A DNA stretch of 64,000 nt from Camelus ferus. Taxonomy: Eukaryota. The notes under the pieces are model-generated. The model saw only the letters and a list, made by a program, of their open reading frames with translations, was not told the DNA's origin and did not search any database. The translations under genes and the position numbers were made by a program. Location of the stretch: positions 43,898,001-43,962,000 of the forward strand of contig NC_045697.1 in NCBI RefSeq assembly GCF_009834535.1, given 5' to 3'. Positions 13,805-26,229 of this stretch are shown piece by piece; position 1 is the stretch's first letter, and every line of letters starts with the position of its first letter.

Positions 13805-14710
13805 AACACTTGGTATTTTCTAGGCTATGTGGAGGCCACTGTCTTTGGGGGGCACAAAGATCGCTGAAGCCCAGTGACTGCCCTCAGAAAAGCCTGCAAA
13901 CAAAGAAGCAAACAAAAACCAAAAGGAGAACCTAAGTGCTCCGAATGCACATAATTGGGCATATCTCATGTATGAAGTTAGTATAGCTTCCTATAGCTTT
14001 CTTAATGACCCTGGAAAAAAGGAAGTGAAGATTATTATCATCATTATTTCAAGAAAAGGCACAGAGGTTGCCAAGTACCAAGGTTGTGGTTAGAGCCCAC
14101 TGCCCTACTCCCAAGTCCAGTAGGCTCTCCACCACACCATCAAAGAGGTGAGCAACTTCAAAAGACGACAAGAGGCAAACCCAACTTGGAAAATTAGGAG
14201 TGGCTTCCTGGAAGAGGTGGCATTTGGGATGAGATGTTGACATGTATATGGGGAAAGCAGAGTCAAGAACTCACAGCAGGAGCAGTATAGAAGGAAAGCC
14301 TGCAGCCTGGTGAGGAATCTGGCCCGACTGAATGTGGGAAGGAGATGGTCACGAAAAGACTAGGAAGACTGAGAGGGTCAGGTTGTGAAGAGCTCCCGAG
14401 GGCAGGCTTACAGGGTTTGGGTGTGAAAAGGCAGTCTTTCCCCAGAACTGTGGATGCCTGACAGAACAAATTATGAGATAAAAGTAAAGAAGAAGCTTAA
14501 TGAATTCGGTCACTAGACAGATTAGTGATAGTAGAAATACCAGTGAGGTCGTGGAAGGACCCAATTTATCACGTGCTCCTTATCTCCCCAGCCTCACCCC
14601 AAATTAAATGTTTTAGTGAGTCAAGTTCCCTTTACTTTCTCAATGAAAAGATGGTGACTCCTGGTGTCAGAAGAGTTTCCAGTCTTGAACCATCAAAAAT
14701 ACAATTAAGT

Positions 14711-14854
14711 GGGGGAGGAGGTAGCTCAGTAGTAGAGTTCATGCTCAGCATGCATGAGGTCCTGGGTTCAATCCCCAGTACCTCCGTTAATCAATCAATT
14801 AGTTAATTAATCCTAATTACCTCTCCCCTCCAAAAAAATAATAATAATAATAAT
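14711..14854 (+). mobile_element. tRNA-derived SINE (camelid Vic-1-like)
   Basis: gggggaggaggtagctcagtagtagag (A box)...gtcctgggttcaatccccagtacctcc (B box), then cctaattacctc and (AAT)n tail. Confidence 0.9.
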
Positions 14855-14943
14855 CCTAAGAGGACTCCTAATCGAAGCATTACCAGACACGAGCACCATT
14901 TGAACATGAGGGAAAGTGTTTTGGAGGGACTTTTTTTAATAAA

Positions 14944-15187
14944 AATTATTTTGCTTCAATTAGAAAATGCCATGCCTGCAATTAGGTATAACCATTTTTT
15001 AATTTCTTTCGAACTGAGAGCTTTCATTGTTTAGGCTAAAATTTCAGAAATGACATAATTGGGGATACATTAGGCAGAATCCTGTTGGGGTGCAGACAAT
15101 GCCAAATTCTGTACGAGATCCAGATAACTGGCTCCAGATGCACACTCAGACCCAGGAGTAAGAGCCACGCCTGCTGGGGAGTGTGGA
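14944..15187 (+). repeat. Ancient local direct repeat, copy A (copy B at 15436-15552 plus ~16050-16163)
   Basis: aactgagagctttcattgtttaggctaaaatttcagaaatgacat vs aactgagagttttcagtgttttggctataatttcagaaatgacat; homology resumes after the LTR. Confidence 0.8.
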
Positions 15188-15548
15188 CAAGATCAAGAAA
15201 GGAGGTTCCCTGGGAAGGGCAGGATCTGAATGCATGGGAGACAATAATGGGAGACAAGGCTTCAGTGGGGTGGAAGCCAGATGCTGGTAAATGACTAATC
15301 TTTCTTCATGCCCAGTCTGTCAAAAACAAGGGACCATTTCCTCAGCTATGGGCCTAACATGGGGACTTCCCTAGGTTGGGCAAGTAGCCCTCTTCTCACC
15401 TCCCAGGTAGTGATCAGCGGCCTTTTGTTAGCAGCAATTCTTTAGCTTAAGTTAGGGAACCGCCATACCTTCAATTATGCGGAGTCATTTTTTAACTTCC
15501 TAATAACTGAGAGTTTTCAGTGTTTTGGCTATAATTTCAGAAATGACA

Positions 15549-16045
15549 TCATAGAGAAGGAAAAATAATTTCCCCTCTAGTCCTCTGTGTCCCTGGCTGG
15601 GGCCCCTGTAACAAAAGAGAGAGCAATAGGAAAGAAACAGAAGTGTATTAACACGCCTATCTCACATAGGAGGGAGATATCCAGGGAAACGTGTAACTCT
15701 CAGAAGTGGTTTAGAATTCAGGCTTAAATACCATCCTCAGCTAAAGGCGAAAGAGAGACGTTATGGGGAGGTGGCCAGGTAAACAGCGGTCAGGTTTACT
15801 ACGCAGGAAGGTGCCTTCTCCATTGATGAGTATCTTGGGATCTGGAGTCATCTTTCTTTCCTTGGTAGGAGAGGAAGACACCCTTAGAAACAGAAATTTC
15901 CTTTATGTGTATATATTTCCTTTGAAGAGCAACTTCTACTCTGTTTTCCGATCTTCTCCCCTGTCTGCTGTTTCTCAAAATAATCAGCTCAAAGTAACTG
16001 CTATCCTAAAGAGGCATATTTTGCGATGGCATTTCTGGGCTCGTG
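15549..16045 (-). mobile_element. ERV1-class solo LTR (MER34-like)
   Basis: agagaaggaaaaataatttcccctcta..., ggcttaaatacc (antisense TATA), aataatcagctcaaag...aaagaggcatatttt; possible TGACA TSD at 15544-15548 and 16046-16050. Confidence 0.75.
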
Positions 16046-16929
16046 TGACAGAGAGACTGCAGAATTCTGCTTGAGACACACAGGTGCTGGGGAAAGGGGT
16101 CCACCTGCTCCAGACGTAAACTCAGACCTCAGACTAACAGACAGGCCTGCCATGGGGTGTTGGGTGCTGGAGAAGCTTGAAGTTATAAAAAGCAGGGCCT
16201 TCTCGAGTGACTTTATTTTACTTTCTTGTTCCAGAAAATGAGTTACATATAACCCATGGAATTATTTGGTAGGAAGCTGAAAGTCAGCAGGAGGTGGGTA
16301 GAGGAGAAAGGAAGGGGTCTAAATAGAGGGAGTGAAGGGCCCTGTGAAGACCAAATGAGGGAGAGTCAGTGGTCTTGTCTGCTCCCATCAGGATGGTTCA
16401 GACTGGCTGAGAGAAACAGAGCCACGCAGGACCCGGGCTAGTCCGTGAAATGCCTTGCATAAGACCGATTACTTGGTAGAATGGAAGAGTTCTGACTCTG
16501 CCTTTAGCTCACCTGGCTTTTAACTTCTTAACTTCTCCAAGTACCAGATTTCAAAATAGGAAGCCTGATTGTTATGTGGCTAGAGGCCAACAGCATGCAA
16601 TAGATTGCGAAACATGGAAACTGGTAACGTAAACTGCTCAAGAAATTTCAGTTTTTCTTCCTTTATCCCATGAATTGTTTAATCCATGGATAAACCATTG
16701 TTTATTCCCAGAGGAAGTGCTCTTATGGGAATTTAGATAGAAATCAAATAATAAATCATTGTTGCCATTAGGATCCTTTGGGGCACAGTCTGGACAGAGG
16801 TGCTTCCCACACAACTTAGGAAAGCCCATTGTTTCTGTCTGTGCCCCACCACTTCCTGTTCCTGTGAACATAAGGAGCAGTGATAGCTGCCCCCACATTG
16901 CTATATCTAATACCAATCTCAATCCCCTA

Positions 16930-17090
16930 ACCCTCCAGATAACACACAGGACACCCAGTTAAATTTGAATTTCAAATAAAGAACAAATAATCTTTTAGTA
17001 TAAATATGTCTCAAATATTGCTTGGGACATACTTCTTCAGATTTAACTGAATATCCTGTATTTTTTTTTCCTAAATGTGACAACTCTATT
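16930..17090. mobile_element. MER53-like hAT MITE
   Basis: ccagataacacacaggacacccagttaaatttgaatttcaaataaa...aaatattgcttgggacatactt...atcctgtatttt. Confidence 0.75.
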
Positions 17091-17184
17091 TAATCATTTA
17101 ACCATAATTTTCGTTTCTTCTCAATCTAAAACCCAGGCTCCAGCTTCTGAGATTCTTTAGCAACCTGTGGGTAAAAAGAAAGAT

Positions 17185-17840
17185 AGTGGCCATACCAGGT
17201 ATTGGCTGGGATGTGGAGCAACTGGAACTCTCATACATTACTGATGGGAGTGTAAATTGGTCCCACTGTTTTGGAATACAGTTTGTCACAATCTACTAAC
17301 TGTAGGACCCAGCCAGTCCACTCCTAAGTATAGACGTAACAGAAATACATATATAGTCCACCTAAAGATCTGTACAAGAATGTTCATATCAGCACTATAC
17401 ATACTTTTGATGAGAGTCCAAACTGGAGACAGTATGGGGTGGCACAGATAAATAAATTGTGGTGTATCTACATAGTGGGATGCTGTACAGCAGTGAGGGT
17501 GAATGAACTACTGCTGGACACAACCTGGTTGACTCTCACAATCATAATTTTGAGCAAAAGAAGCCAGGAACAGAGGAATAAATAATGTTTATAATTCAAT
17601 TGATGTAAGGCTTAGACACAGGCAAAATGAGCCTCTGGTGTTAGAAGACAGGGTAGAGGTCCCCTTTGGGTGGAAGGTTAGATTCCCAGTGAGGGTAAAG
17701 AGGGCTTCGGGGCGCTATCACCTTGAATTAAGCTGTGATTACAAGAATTGTGCACTTGGTGAAAATTCTCTAACTGTGCTTCAATTTCTGCACTTTACTT
17801 TACCCACATACATGTTGCCCTTCAATTAAAAGTTTACTGG
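17185..17840 (+). mobile_element. Ancient L1 (L1ME-type) 3' fragment
   Basis: gatgtggagcaactggaactctcatacatt...tgtacaagaatgttcat...aaattgtggt motifs. Confidence 0.75.
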
Positions 17841-18214
17841 AAGAAGAAAAGAGCAGGAAAACCATACAGGTTCAGCTGTTAACACAGGAACAATAAGCAG
17901 GAGAGAGAGAGAAGAGGCAGGTCTGAGGGGAGGGGGCACCTGGCAGGTCCTGCCACACAGAAGAGGCGTTTCAGAAGAGGATGTGAACAAATCTGTGGAG
18001 GGACCGGGGTCAGGTCATGATTCCTGAACTCCAGAAATCCCACCTTGAACGTTTTTGAACTCAGACGCCACGTGTTGAGTTTCATCCCTTACGAGGACTG
18101 CTTGACGGGCCTGTTGCAGGCGCAACGTGGGCACCTGCTGGGCAGCGGCTCTGGGCAGCCTGCAGGATCCCTCCCAGAGCTCAGGCTTCGTGGTGCTGTC
18201 GACGGTCTCTACAC

Positions 18215-18410
18215 CATAGCTTCTCCCCTCAGCACAGTGGACATTTGGTGACTGAAAATTCTTTTCTGAAAAAATTAAAAAGCCTTGTGCTTTTCAGGAT
18301 GTTTGGAAACATCCTTGGCCTCTGCCCTCTAGGTGGTCTGCACCCCCAATTATGACAGCTAAAAATGTCCCCTGGGAGGTGAAGTAATCTCTGAGAGAGA
18401 ACCAGTTCTC
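18215..18410. mobile_element. MER20-like hAT DNA transposon
   Basis: ctcagcacagtggacatttgg...caggatgtttggaaacatccttggcctctgccctctag...aaaatgtcccctggg...gagaacca. Confidence 0.75.
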
Positions 18411-18486
18411 TAAACATGCATTGTGGAACTCCAGGGCAAGTTTTTATTGACTGGTTTCAAGATATTAAAAATCCATACATAAGAAA

Positions 18487-18570
18487 GGGAGGATATTGCT
18501 CAGTGGTAGAGTGTATGCCTAACACAAGGTCCTGGTTTCAATCCCCGCTACCTCCATCAAACAAAAAAGA
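18487..18570 (+). mobile_element. tRNA-derived SINE (Vic-1-like), short
   Basis: gctcagtggtagag...ggtcctggtttcaatcccc, A-rich tail. Confidence 0.85.
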
Positions 18571-18999
18571 GAAAAATATATATATGCATACATACACATG
18601 TACGTGTAAGAAAGCAGTTAGTCACAAACCATCTAGCTTCCTGTAGTCCCAAAATTTACCTAAGAAAGGACATCCTAGAAGAACGCTTACCTTTCCTTCC
18701 TGATCCAGGCTTGCTCGTTTCAGCTGGCCAAGATTATAGTCCCTGATTGGTAGAGTTCAGTGGAAAGAAGACTAAAGGCTTGGAGTTCCCTAGAACTGAA
18801 TTCACATCCCAGCCCTGCCACTCTGTCACTTGGGACACATGGCTTATTTTCTGTTTCTTTCCCTTTTCTCGGTAGCCTTGCTGGAGAACTAACCACATCT
18901 AACAATTCCTAGGAACCTAAAGGAGGTGGGACAGGGGAGGGGTAGTACCATGTTTCCCCCACAGAGCCAACTACTACTCTTTTTTACTTAACTAACATT

Positions 19000-19230
19000 C
19001 AAGAAGTATCTACCCTCTGCCAGGAACCACTCTGAGGGCTTTTCAAATATTAACGCACTTAATCCTTCTGACAACTTTGTAAGCTATGTATTGTTAGTAT
19101 CCCCATTTCATAGATGAGGAAACTGAGGCATAGAGAGGTGAAGTAACTCACCCAAGGTCATGGAGCTCATCACTGGGAGAGCTGGAGTCTAGGGCCAGAG
19201 TCCATGACCTGACCCCCTTGATTGTGCTGC
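19000..19230 (-). mobile_element. MIR SINE (others near 4700-4900, 7020-7250, 47450-47620, 53690-53860)
   Basis: MIR core atccccatttcatagatgaggaaactgaggcatagagaggtgaagtaactcacccaaggtca. Confidence 0.85.
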
Positions 19231-20790
19231 TTGGTCCACTTTCTCATCTTCTGGTTCTGGTAATATTTCCTGTGGGGTGCTCGCCATGTCTTTTCCCTGA
19301 AGAGACTAGGACAAGGGTGCAGGGCCAACACTCAGTCTTTGAGACAAGCCTCATTTTCCCATTGAGAAATTCAAGAGGGTAGCCCAGCGATCACGATTTC
19401 TCCTTGGCCATGGCACTTAACTTCTTTGCCTCCATTTTCTGGTCTGCAGTGAAAAAAGTCTTATCAGCCTTAGTTCCCTGAATGTTCTGGCCTGCTGTGA
19501 ATATTAAATAGAGATCAATGTTAACTAGAGGTCAAACATGGAAAGCATAGGTCTCTCTACAAGTGAAAGCCATTGTCATGTTGGCAGCATATCACACCAG
19601 GCTTGTCTGTCATCTTTCACTGGCACTTAGACATCTCTCCCACGTAAATGGTGACTTGCAGTTTTCAAAATGTCTTCACATACATGATCTGATTTGAGCC
19701 TCCCAAATACTAGCAGTGACTAAAATCCAAGCCTTCTGATTCCTAACCCATGGGTCCTCCTAGCACCACACTGCCATTAGCCTCTGGGTGCTCTGCTCCC
19801 AGGTGCCTCTCCATACCATTAAATCAGGCATAGGCCCTGCTACTTGGCAACATTTAGTTTAAAACAGACACAGTGGTGCATCTGTCAAGTCACTGACACA
19901 TAGGAAACACAGTGTTTAATAGACACAGTCTCATCACATTAATACAACAACCCAAAGAAGAAAGTTATATTGCATTCATTTGAAAGATGTTAAAACTGAG
20001 GCTCAGAGAAGTTAATTTACTTGTCCAAGGACACACAGAGGGTAGAAAATAGATTTGAATCCAGGGTCATTTGCCTCCACAGTTCCTAATTGTGATCTAG
20101 ACCCCGCCTAGTCAAGGTGTGCACCAGACACCAGCACCACTGGCACCACCTACGAGCGTGTTAAAAAGTCTCCCTCTGGACTTACCGAGTCAGGATCTGC
20201 TTTCTCAACAGGCATTTAGGTGAGTCCTGTGCACGTTATAATTTAAGAACCATTGATCTCTGTTGCCACTCAGTGCAGCTCTATTTATGATATACAGAAG
20301 TACAAAATCTATAAACACGTATACACATCCATACACACATATATTGTAGTGCGTTTTAAAAATATACTTCTAACATTTTTACTTTAAGAAAGGGAATTTA
20401 GAGATTTAAAAGCAAGTGACATGAGTCCCTGCGTTAGATTAGGAATTGAATTAATAGCTACATAATACATACTAAGAAAGAAGTGATTTATACGTAAAGC
20501 AATGGCAGCATATGCCCATTCCAGGATTTACATCAGAACTTCTTATTTTTGAAACTTACACACTGGTATTTTTCTTTACATCAAATACAGAAAATTTTAT
20601 CCTCACTCTAAACTCTTCAACACAACAAATATGTGTCCAGTGCTGTACAGTTATGAAGTCCTCGAAGAATGTTTAAGATACAGTCTTTGCCCTGGAGTAA
20701 TTTTTAGCTTTGGGGTCTCTTGGAAACAACTTTAGTGTAGTTTCCTCTTTTTTTCCCCAAATTCTTAAAGTTGAACCCATGTACACTAAG

Positions 20791-20845
20791 CAGGACCTCG
20801 TGCATGCTAAGCACTCTATCACTGAGCTATATCCTTCCCCCCCGA
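20791..20845 (-). mobile_element. tRNA-derived SINE fragment
   Basis: caggacctcgtgcatgctaagcactctatcactgagctatatccttcccc. Confidence 0.8.
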
Positions 20846-20979
20846 CCCCCCACACCCAGTTTTCCTTTTTGATATATTGGCTAGACCGATTTTGATTGGC
20901 TATACTGATTTTTTTTTTCCTTAAGCATTGTTTTTATTAAAGGAGCAATTTTCTGTTAAGAATATAACTTCATTGGTAC

Positions 20980-21066
20980 TTTTTTTTTTTTTAAAGGAGG
21001 TACTGGGGATTGAACCCAGGACCTTGTGTTAGGCATACACTCTACCACTGAGCTATCCCCTACCCC
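20980..21066 (-). mobile_element. tRNA-derived SINE (Vic-1-like)
   Basis: poly-T, ggaggtactggggattgaacccaggacc...ctctaccactgagctat. Confidence 0.88.
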
Positions 21067-24000
21067 ACATATTTCTTTCTTTAAAAGTGCACACACACCC
21101 AGCAGCAGAAGCTTTCTGTTTATTTTAACTATACTGATTTTCCCAGTATATATTTTTTAAAGTAATGGGTAATTCATCCTTGAGGCCAGGGATATATAAC
21201 AGTCAGAGTTTAACCACGCATTACCTGTACAATCTATTCTTATCTGTAACTATCTCTTGGATAGTAGATTGAGTTCATATCATGTGCCAAGTCTGATCAA
21301 ACAGTAGTAGCATTCTATACCCTGTCTTGCGAAGGATTCTAAGATATGTCAAGTGAGAATATTCTGGGATCATCTAGCAATGTCTGCTTCAGGTGTGGGA
21401 AGGAGATCTAGAGGTACACCAGCCATGCATTGCCATCCGTACACTCTGACCCTGCTTCTTGCTCCAAAAAGCTGATGTCTTTACTCTTCCTCATGCATTC
21501 CACACTCTTTCTTTCCCCTGTGTCCTCAAGTTATTTCCACTGCTTAGAATGTCTATTGTCTATGCCCAGACAAGAATCCCAAACCCTCCAATCAGCCTTC
21601 CCCAAATTCTTCAAAACCGAATGATAATTCTACTTCTGTTACTTTGGAGGGAGAAGGGGAAACAGAAAACAAAACACTCAGTCCCAAATCATATGTTTGG
21701 ACTTCTTCAACTCAGGGCCCTGGGTCAGATGCTTCTTTTCCACCTCCCACGGGACCAAAAAGATTCTCGGTACAGACTTGTTTTGATTGAGATTAAATAC
21801 CACCACTTTCTTTGCGAGTTACACTTGTCCTTCTGGAGCTATGCAAGTGTCTGCAGTTTTAGGTCTTTTATTTCACTACTGGAGATTACCACCTAATGAG
21901 TTCTCTTCTTTAGCTTCTCTTACTTATTCAAAAATTCTGTTATACCCTCTCTAGCTCTGTAACTACACCCAATATTAAAATAAAGCCAGGCTCACTGAAT
22001 AAAAAGATTTTGAATGAAGTATGCTTTTCTCTTCTTGTCCTCCCCTCTTTGGTTTGGTTCTCAGAGGAATCAGTGTCTGAGAAAGGAGTCAAACAAATAT
22101 GATTTAGATTTAAAAGCAGTCAGATTAGGCAATAATACTTGTGGTCCCCTTTACCATTCTTGGTTGTTTGTTTTTTTTTTTAAATCAATTCATCTCCCTT
22201 AAGAAGCACTTGGGTACTTATTAAACATACAGATTCCTTAATCCCTATCCAGACTTATTAAATTAAATCCAAATTTCTAGAGATGTGTCATTTTTAAAAC
22301 CCCCTCAAGTGATTCTTACCCACATTAAAGTTTGAAAAATAAAAGGAAAATTTGCCAATTAGAAGCAAGTTTTCTCTTGTATTTAAATAAGTAATATCAC
22401 AAAAGTTATCTAACAAAACGACAGTGGTTTTCTAAGATGGAATGGCTATAGACAAACCGGGGGAAACAACTGCTACTTAGAATATTTTAATTAATAAGAC
22501 TTCATTATAACAAGAATCAAAACACTTCTATACACAAACTAAAAAGTTTATGTCTTACCCTGCACAAATTTGAATTCACTTGATTAGGCAAGGCAATACA
22601 AACCATTCTCAAGACTTTTAACCAGCATTTCTCTGCTAATTCATTCTTTCAACAATATTCATTGCGTGTCTGCTGTGTGCCTGGCGCTGTTGTAGGACTT
22701 TCTGGTCAGCCCTTTATTACTTTCACCTCTCAGTTAATAGTCTGCATCACCACGTAGCCATATATTTTCCCACATTATCAGCAAAGATATCATTACCCTC
22801 TGAAATAAAGAAGAGAGAGAACTTCTGATTCTAGTTAAATATTTATCTACACCTTGCAGTTTCAAACATGATTCCAGGTGTGATTTGACCATAATTATAC
22901 AGCCTTCTCAGTCTCAGGCGGTTTTCCCTTTGTGTCATAAAGCAAATTCTTGGTAATACATATTAGAGGTACCTTTCTAAAGCAGTTCAAAGTGCCTTGG
23001 CATTTATTGTTCTATGAACTTCCACTTTGAGGCGACTCGGCTGTTGGTGGGAATCAACTGATAATGGCCTCGGGCCTCTGGAGACAAAGCAACCAGGAGG
23101 AAGAGCAGGGCACGGTGAAGAGCTAAGAACACTGATTAGGAAGGACTGAGAAAGAGTGAAATGACGTGAACACAGTGGTCCCCAGAACCAGCTGTATCAG
23201 GATCGCCTCTTAAAAACTGTACACACGCATTGTCCAGCCCCGGCTACGGAATCAGAATCAAGTTTCTGTATTTTTAACCAAGTGCCAGGGATGAACGTAG
23301 TTCACCGTCAGGACTGGGGAGCATTATGGGAGAACCTTTGATGGGGGCCTCCCCTGGGAGCACAGTGGAGGAGAATTGAAGGGAGCAGAGTAGAGGGATA
23401 ATGCAGGTGGGGTCTGTCTCACAACCCATCAAGGGGAGTGTTAGAAGTGACCAGGGACCAAGACTACAGAGCACAGCGTTACAGTTTGATTTGAAATAGT
23501 AAAAGAGAGAGTTTTAACATTACTCATTAATGAAATCAAAGTTTCTCTCTTGAGACTTCTGGCTGGGTAGCAGCTCACAAGCTATAACTTGATGACCAAA
23601 TGAAATATGAAAAGTATTGGCACCCCTTTCATGGACACTGTTTCCCAGTGGTTTTGCCACAACTAGGTTTTTTAATGGGACCTTGAAGCCTCTTTTTTCA
23701 GATCCTGACCTGACACCTTCACAAAAGGAGATTAATGTTTTTAAAGTAACCTAGGTCTTGTATTAAAACTTTAGTTCTCAGGATACCACTGATAATTAAG
23801 CAATGAATGCTGACATTAGCTAGAAGCATCTATTTTAATAACAACAGTTTTATGGAGAAGTAAAGAACGCTATCCCACAGAGAGCTCTTAAAGAGCAACT
23901 GATGTAATGTCTGTGGAATAGCTTTGTAAGAGTTGATTATACTTACTATTCACTAGAGACACTTCAAATGCAAAACAGACATTGTTCAGGATAGTTGTCT

Positions 24001-24293
24001 TGAAAACAGCAAAAAAAAAAAAAAAAAAATCACTTTGCTGATGAAAAGAGAGATTAGTGAAAGGAGTGAAAAACAGAGAAACCAAACAACCTGAGAAAGG
24101 AACCCTCATTTCCTTTCCTTTACACTTTTAATTCTCAAATATCAACAATAGTCTAGAAAATAATGTGCTAAGTTAGGGGAATATGTCTTCTGAATGGCTC
24201 TCTACATTGTATCCAACCGGTACAGTTAGGGGTTTAAGACTTTTTGGTTTTGTTTTCACAGGCTGTCGTGCCCTTTTGACCTTTGCCTTAAAA

Positions 24294-24390
24294 ATGAATC
24301 CAGTTGTTTCCCAGCCAAGATATGGTGCAGGGGCCACGGCTAGTGACTGGCAAACCGGCATGTTTGACTGCTGTGATGACATAGGAGTTT
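24294..24390 (+). CDS. PLAC8-like: PLAC8-family protein, coding exon 1 (MNPVVSQP...DWQTGMFDCCDDIGV)
   Basis: Acceptor ttttgttttcacAG ends at 24261; ATG at 24294 (aaaATG); WQTGxxDC motif typical of the PLAC8 domain; donor GTAAGT at 24391; phase 1. Confidence 0.93.
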
Positions 24391-24887
24391 GTAAGTGCAT
24401 ACGGTTGTTGCTCTCTCCAGCCTGCCGACATCATAAAAATCGTTTGTGTGTCCTCTTACTGAGTTCCATGTTTTAGTTAGAACTTGGGAGTCACAACCTG
24501 GAAGCCCAGGGGCGGGTTTTGCCTCCGGATGTGTTTCATTTGTCCCATGCCTAGTCACCCCTTTTGCTGCATTAATTTTAGAATAGTAAGATTCATATAA
24601 AAATCAGATTCCAAAGAAAAATCTAGTGTTCCAATCTAGATCTCCAAATTCTCTTGACAATTTGGGAAATCTGGAAAGAGGTGTCTTCATTCTCAGCTGG
24701 TGGAGGTGGGCTGCTGTGGTGTAGGACCCGACCCCATTCAAAGGGACCTTCACTCTGCAGTTTGCCATATTTCCGTCCACCAACCATTGTGGCTTTTTCT
24801 GTTTTGTGGGTTTTCCCCAAGCTATTTCACTCATTTATTTTACCAACCAGGCCTTGAGTTTTGGAGCCCTGGTCATATCAATCACCT

Positions 24888-25028
24888 TTTTTTTTTTTTT
24901 TTTAAATTTTTTGCAGAGGGAAGTAATTAGGTTTACTTACTTACTTTTTTCATGGAGGTACTGAGGATCAAACCCAGGACTTCACGCATGCTAGGAGAGC
25001 ACTCTACCACTTGAGCTATACCCTCCCC
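24888..25028 (-). mobile_element. tRNA-derived SINE (Vic-1-like), intronic
   Basis: poly-T, gtaattaggttt, ggaggtactgaggatcaaacccaggac...gagctataccctcccc. Confidence 0.88.
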
Positions 25029-26104
25029 TACATCACTTCTTTTTATATTTTTCATCTCTTTAGTATCCCCGTGGTCTTGACACGTTTCTCCAGTCTTCTC
25101 TTTGCCTTTTCTTTTCCTCCGGAGCTTTATCTGTGTTTCTGGCTTTCAGTTATGTTCTTGTGGCTCTTGTGGCTGTCCCATTTCGGGAAGCTTTCAGGTT
25201 TCTAGCTTTCCTCTCTTAGAATTCTTTCACATCACCAAAACATTCTTTTGTGTGAGACAATTTCCTTGTGTGAGGCGACTGCCCAATGAATTGCCAACAT
25301 TCTCCCTGTGGATTGCCTCTGTCTTGAGAAACAGCCTCTTTTTTTGGATACGGTGGAAGTTTCCAGTTCCAATGAGATATAGCCTTTTGCTAAAACAATC
25401 AAAAAACAGGGGCTTTCTTATCTTATCTAGGGTACTGCCATATCAAAACTCCACCCCTGAACTTTTCAAAATAGACTTGTACTCAGAGCATGTTTGAGAA
25501 CAGTTTCCTGATTGCTGCTATTTTAAGTCCTTTCGTGTGTGTGTGTCTTATACAGACTCCTTCAGGTAAAATTTCAGTATGATTTTTAAGTTTTTGATGC
25601 CAGTATCCCTTAATTTCTATTTGCTTCCATCCTCATAACAATAATAAGGCTCTCCTCTTTGGCAGAATGACCATCTAGAATCTACTTCCTACTGCTTTTC
25701 TCATGTTGGCCCTAAGTATTTCTTCACTCAGCACTTTCTGATCCTAAACACACTCCCACAGTTTTCAAAGGGTTCCTCAGACATCCTGATGCCACAACCT
25801 TCCCATGCAAACATGATCCAAAAGTAAACACGAGCAGGGAAGAAAGATAATTTGCACGTGCTCAGAGCCTCAAGGCAAGAGCTTTTGCAATTAAAACTGA
25901 TCTGGTATATGACAAGCCAATTTTCCCCGCATCCTGGACTATGGGGTCTAGAAGCAAGACATAAAGAGCCAAGTGACCCCATTGTTTTCGCAGAGTGTCC
26001 ATGAAGGCCATTTCCTGTGTGAGGATCTTTTTGAGAGTGCTATGATTAAGTCAAACCACGGTGCCCTTGACTAATTCCTCTATGTAATTTCACCCTGCGC
26101 TCAG

Positions 26105-26229
26105 GCCTCTGTGGGGCTTTTTTCCCCCTGTGCCTTTCATGTCAGATCGCCTCTGACATGAACGAATGCTGCCTGTGTGGAGCAAGCGTCGCCATGAGGA
26201 CCATGTACCGGACCCGATATGGCATCCCG
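26105..26229 (+). CDS. PLAC8-like: PLAC8-family protein, coding exon 2 (CLCGAFFPLCLSCQIASDMNECCLCGASVAMRTMYRTRYGIP)
   Basis: Acceptor ctcAG ends at 26104; 125-nt exon in phase with the previous exon; DMNECCLCG and MRTxYRTRYGIP motifs characteristic of PLAC8; donor GTGAGT at 26230. Confidence 0.96.

Noticed and set aside
14711..14790. tRNA-like A/B boxes as tRNA genes (also 18487, 20980, 24888)
   Set aside because: Multiple diverged copies with SINE bodies and A-rich tails and no intact acceptor stem; these are SINEs.
21459..21896. 145-aa plus-strand ORF upstream of the gene
   Set aside because: Non-ATG start, no domain, no supporting splice pattern.
24391..24476. Continuation of ORF 24183-24476 past the donor (CKCIRLLL...)
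   Set aside because: PLAC8 homology stops exactly at the GTAAGT donor and resumes in the exon at 26105.
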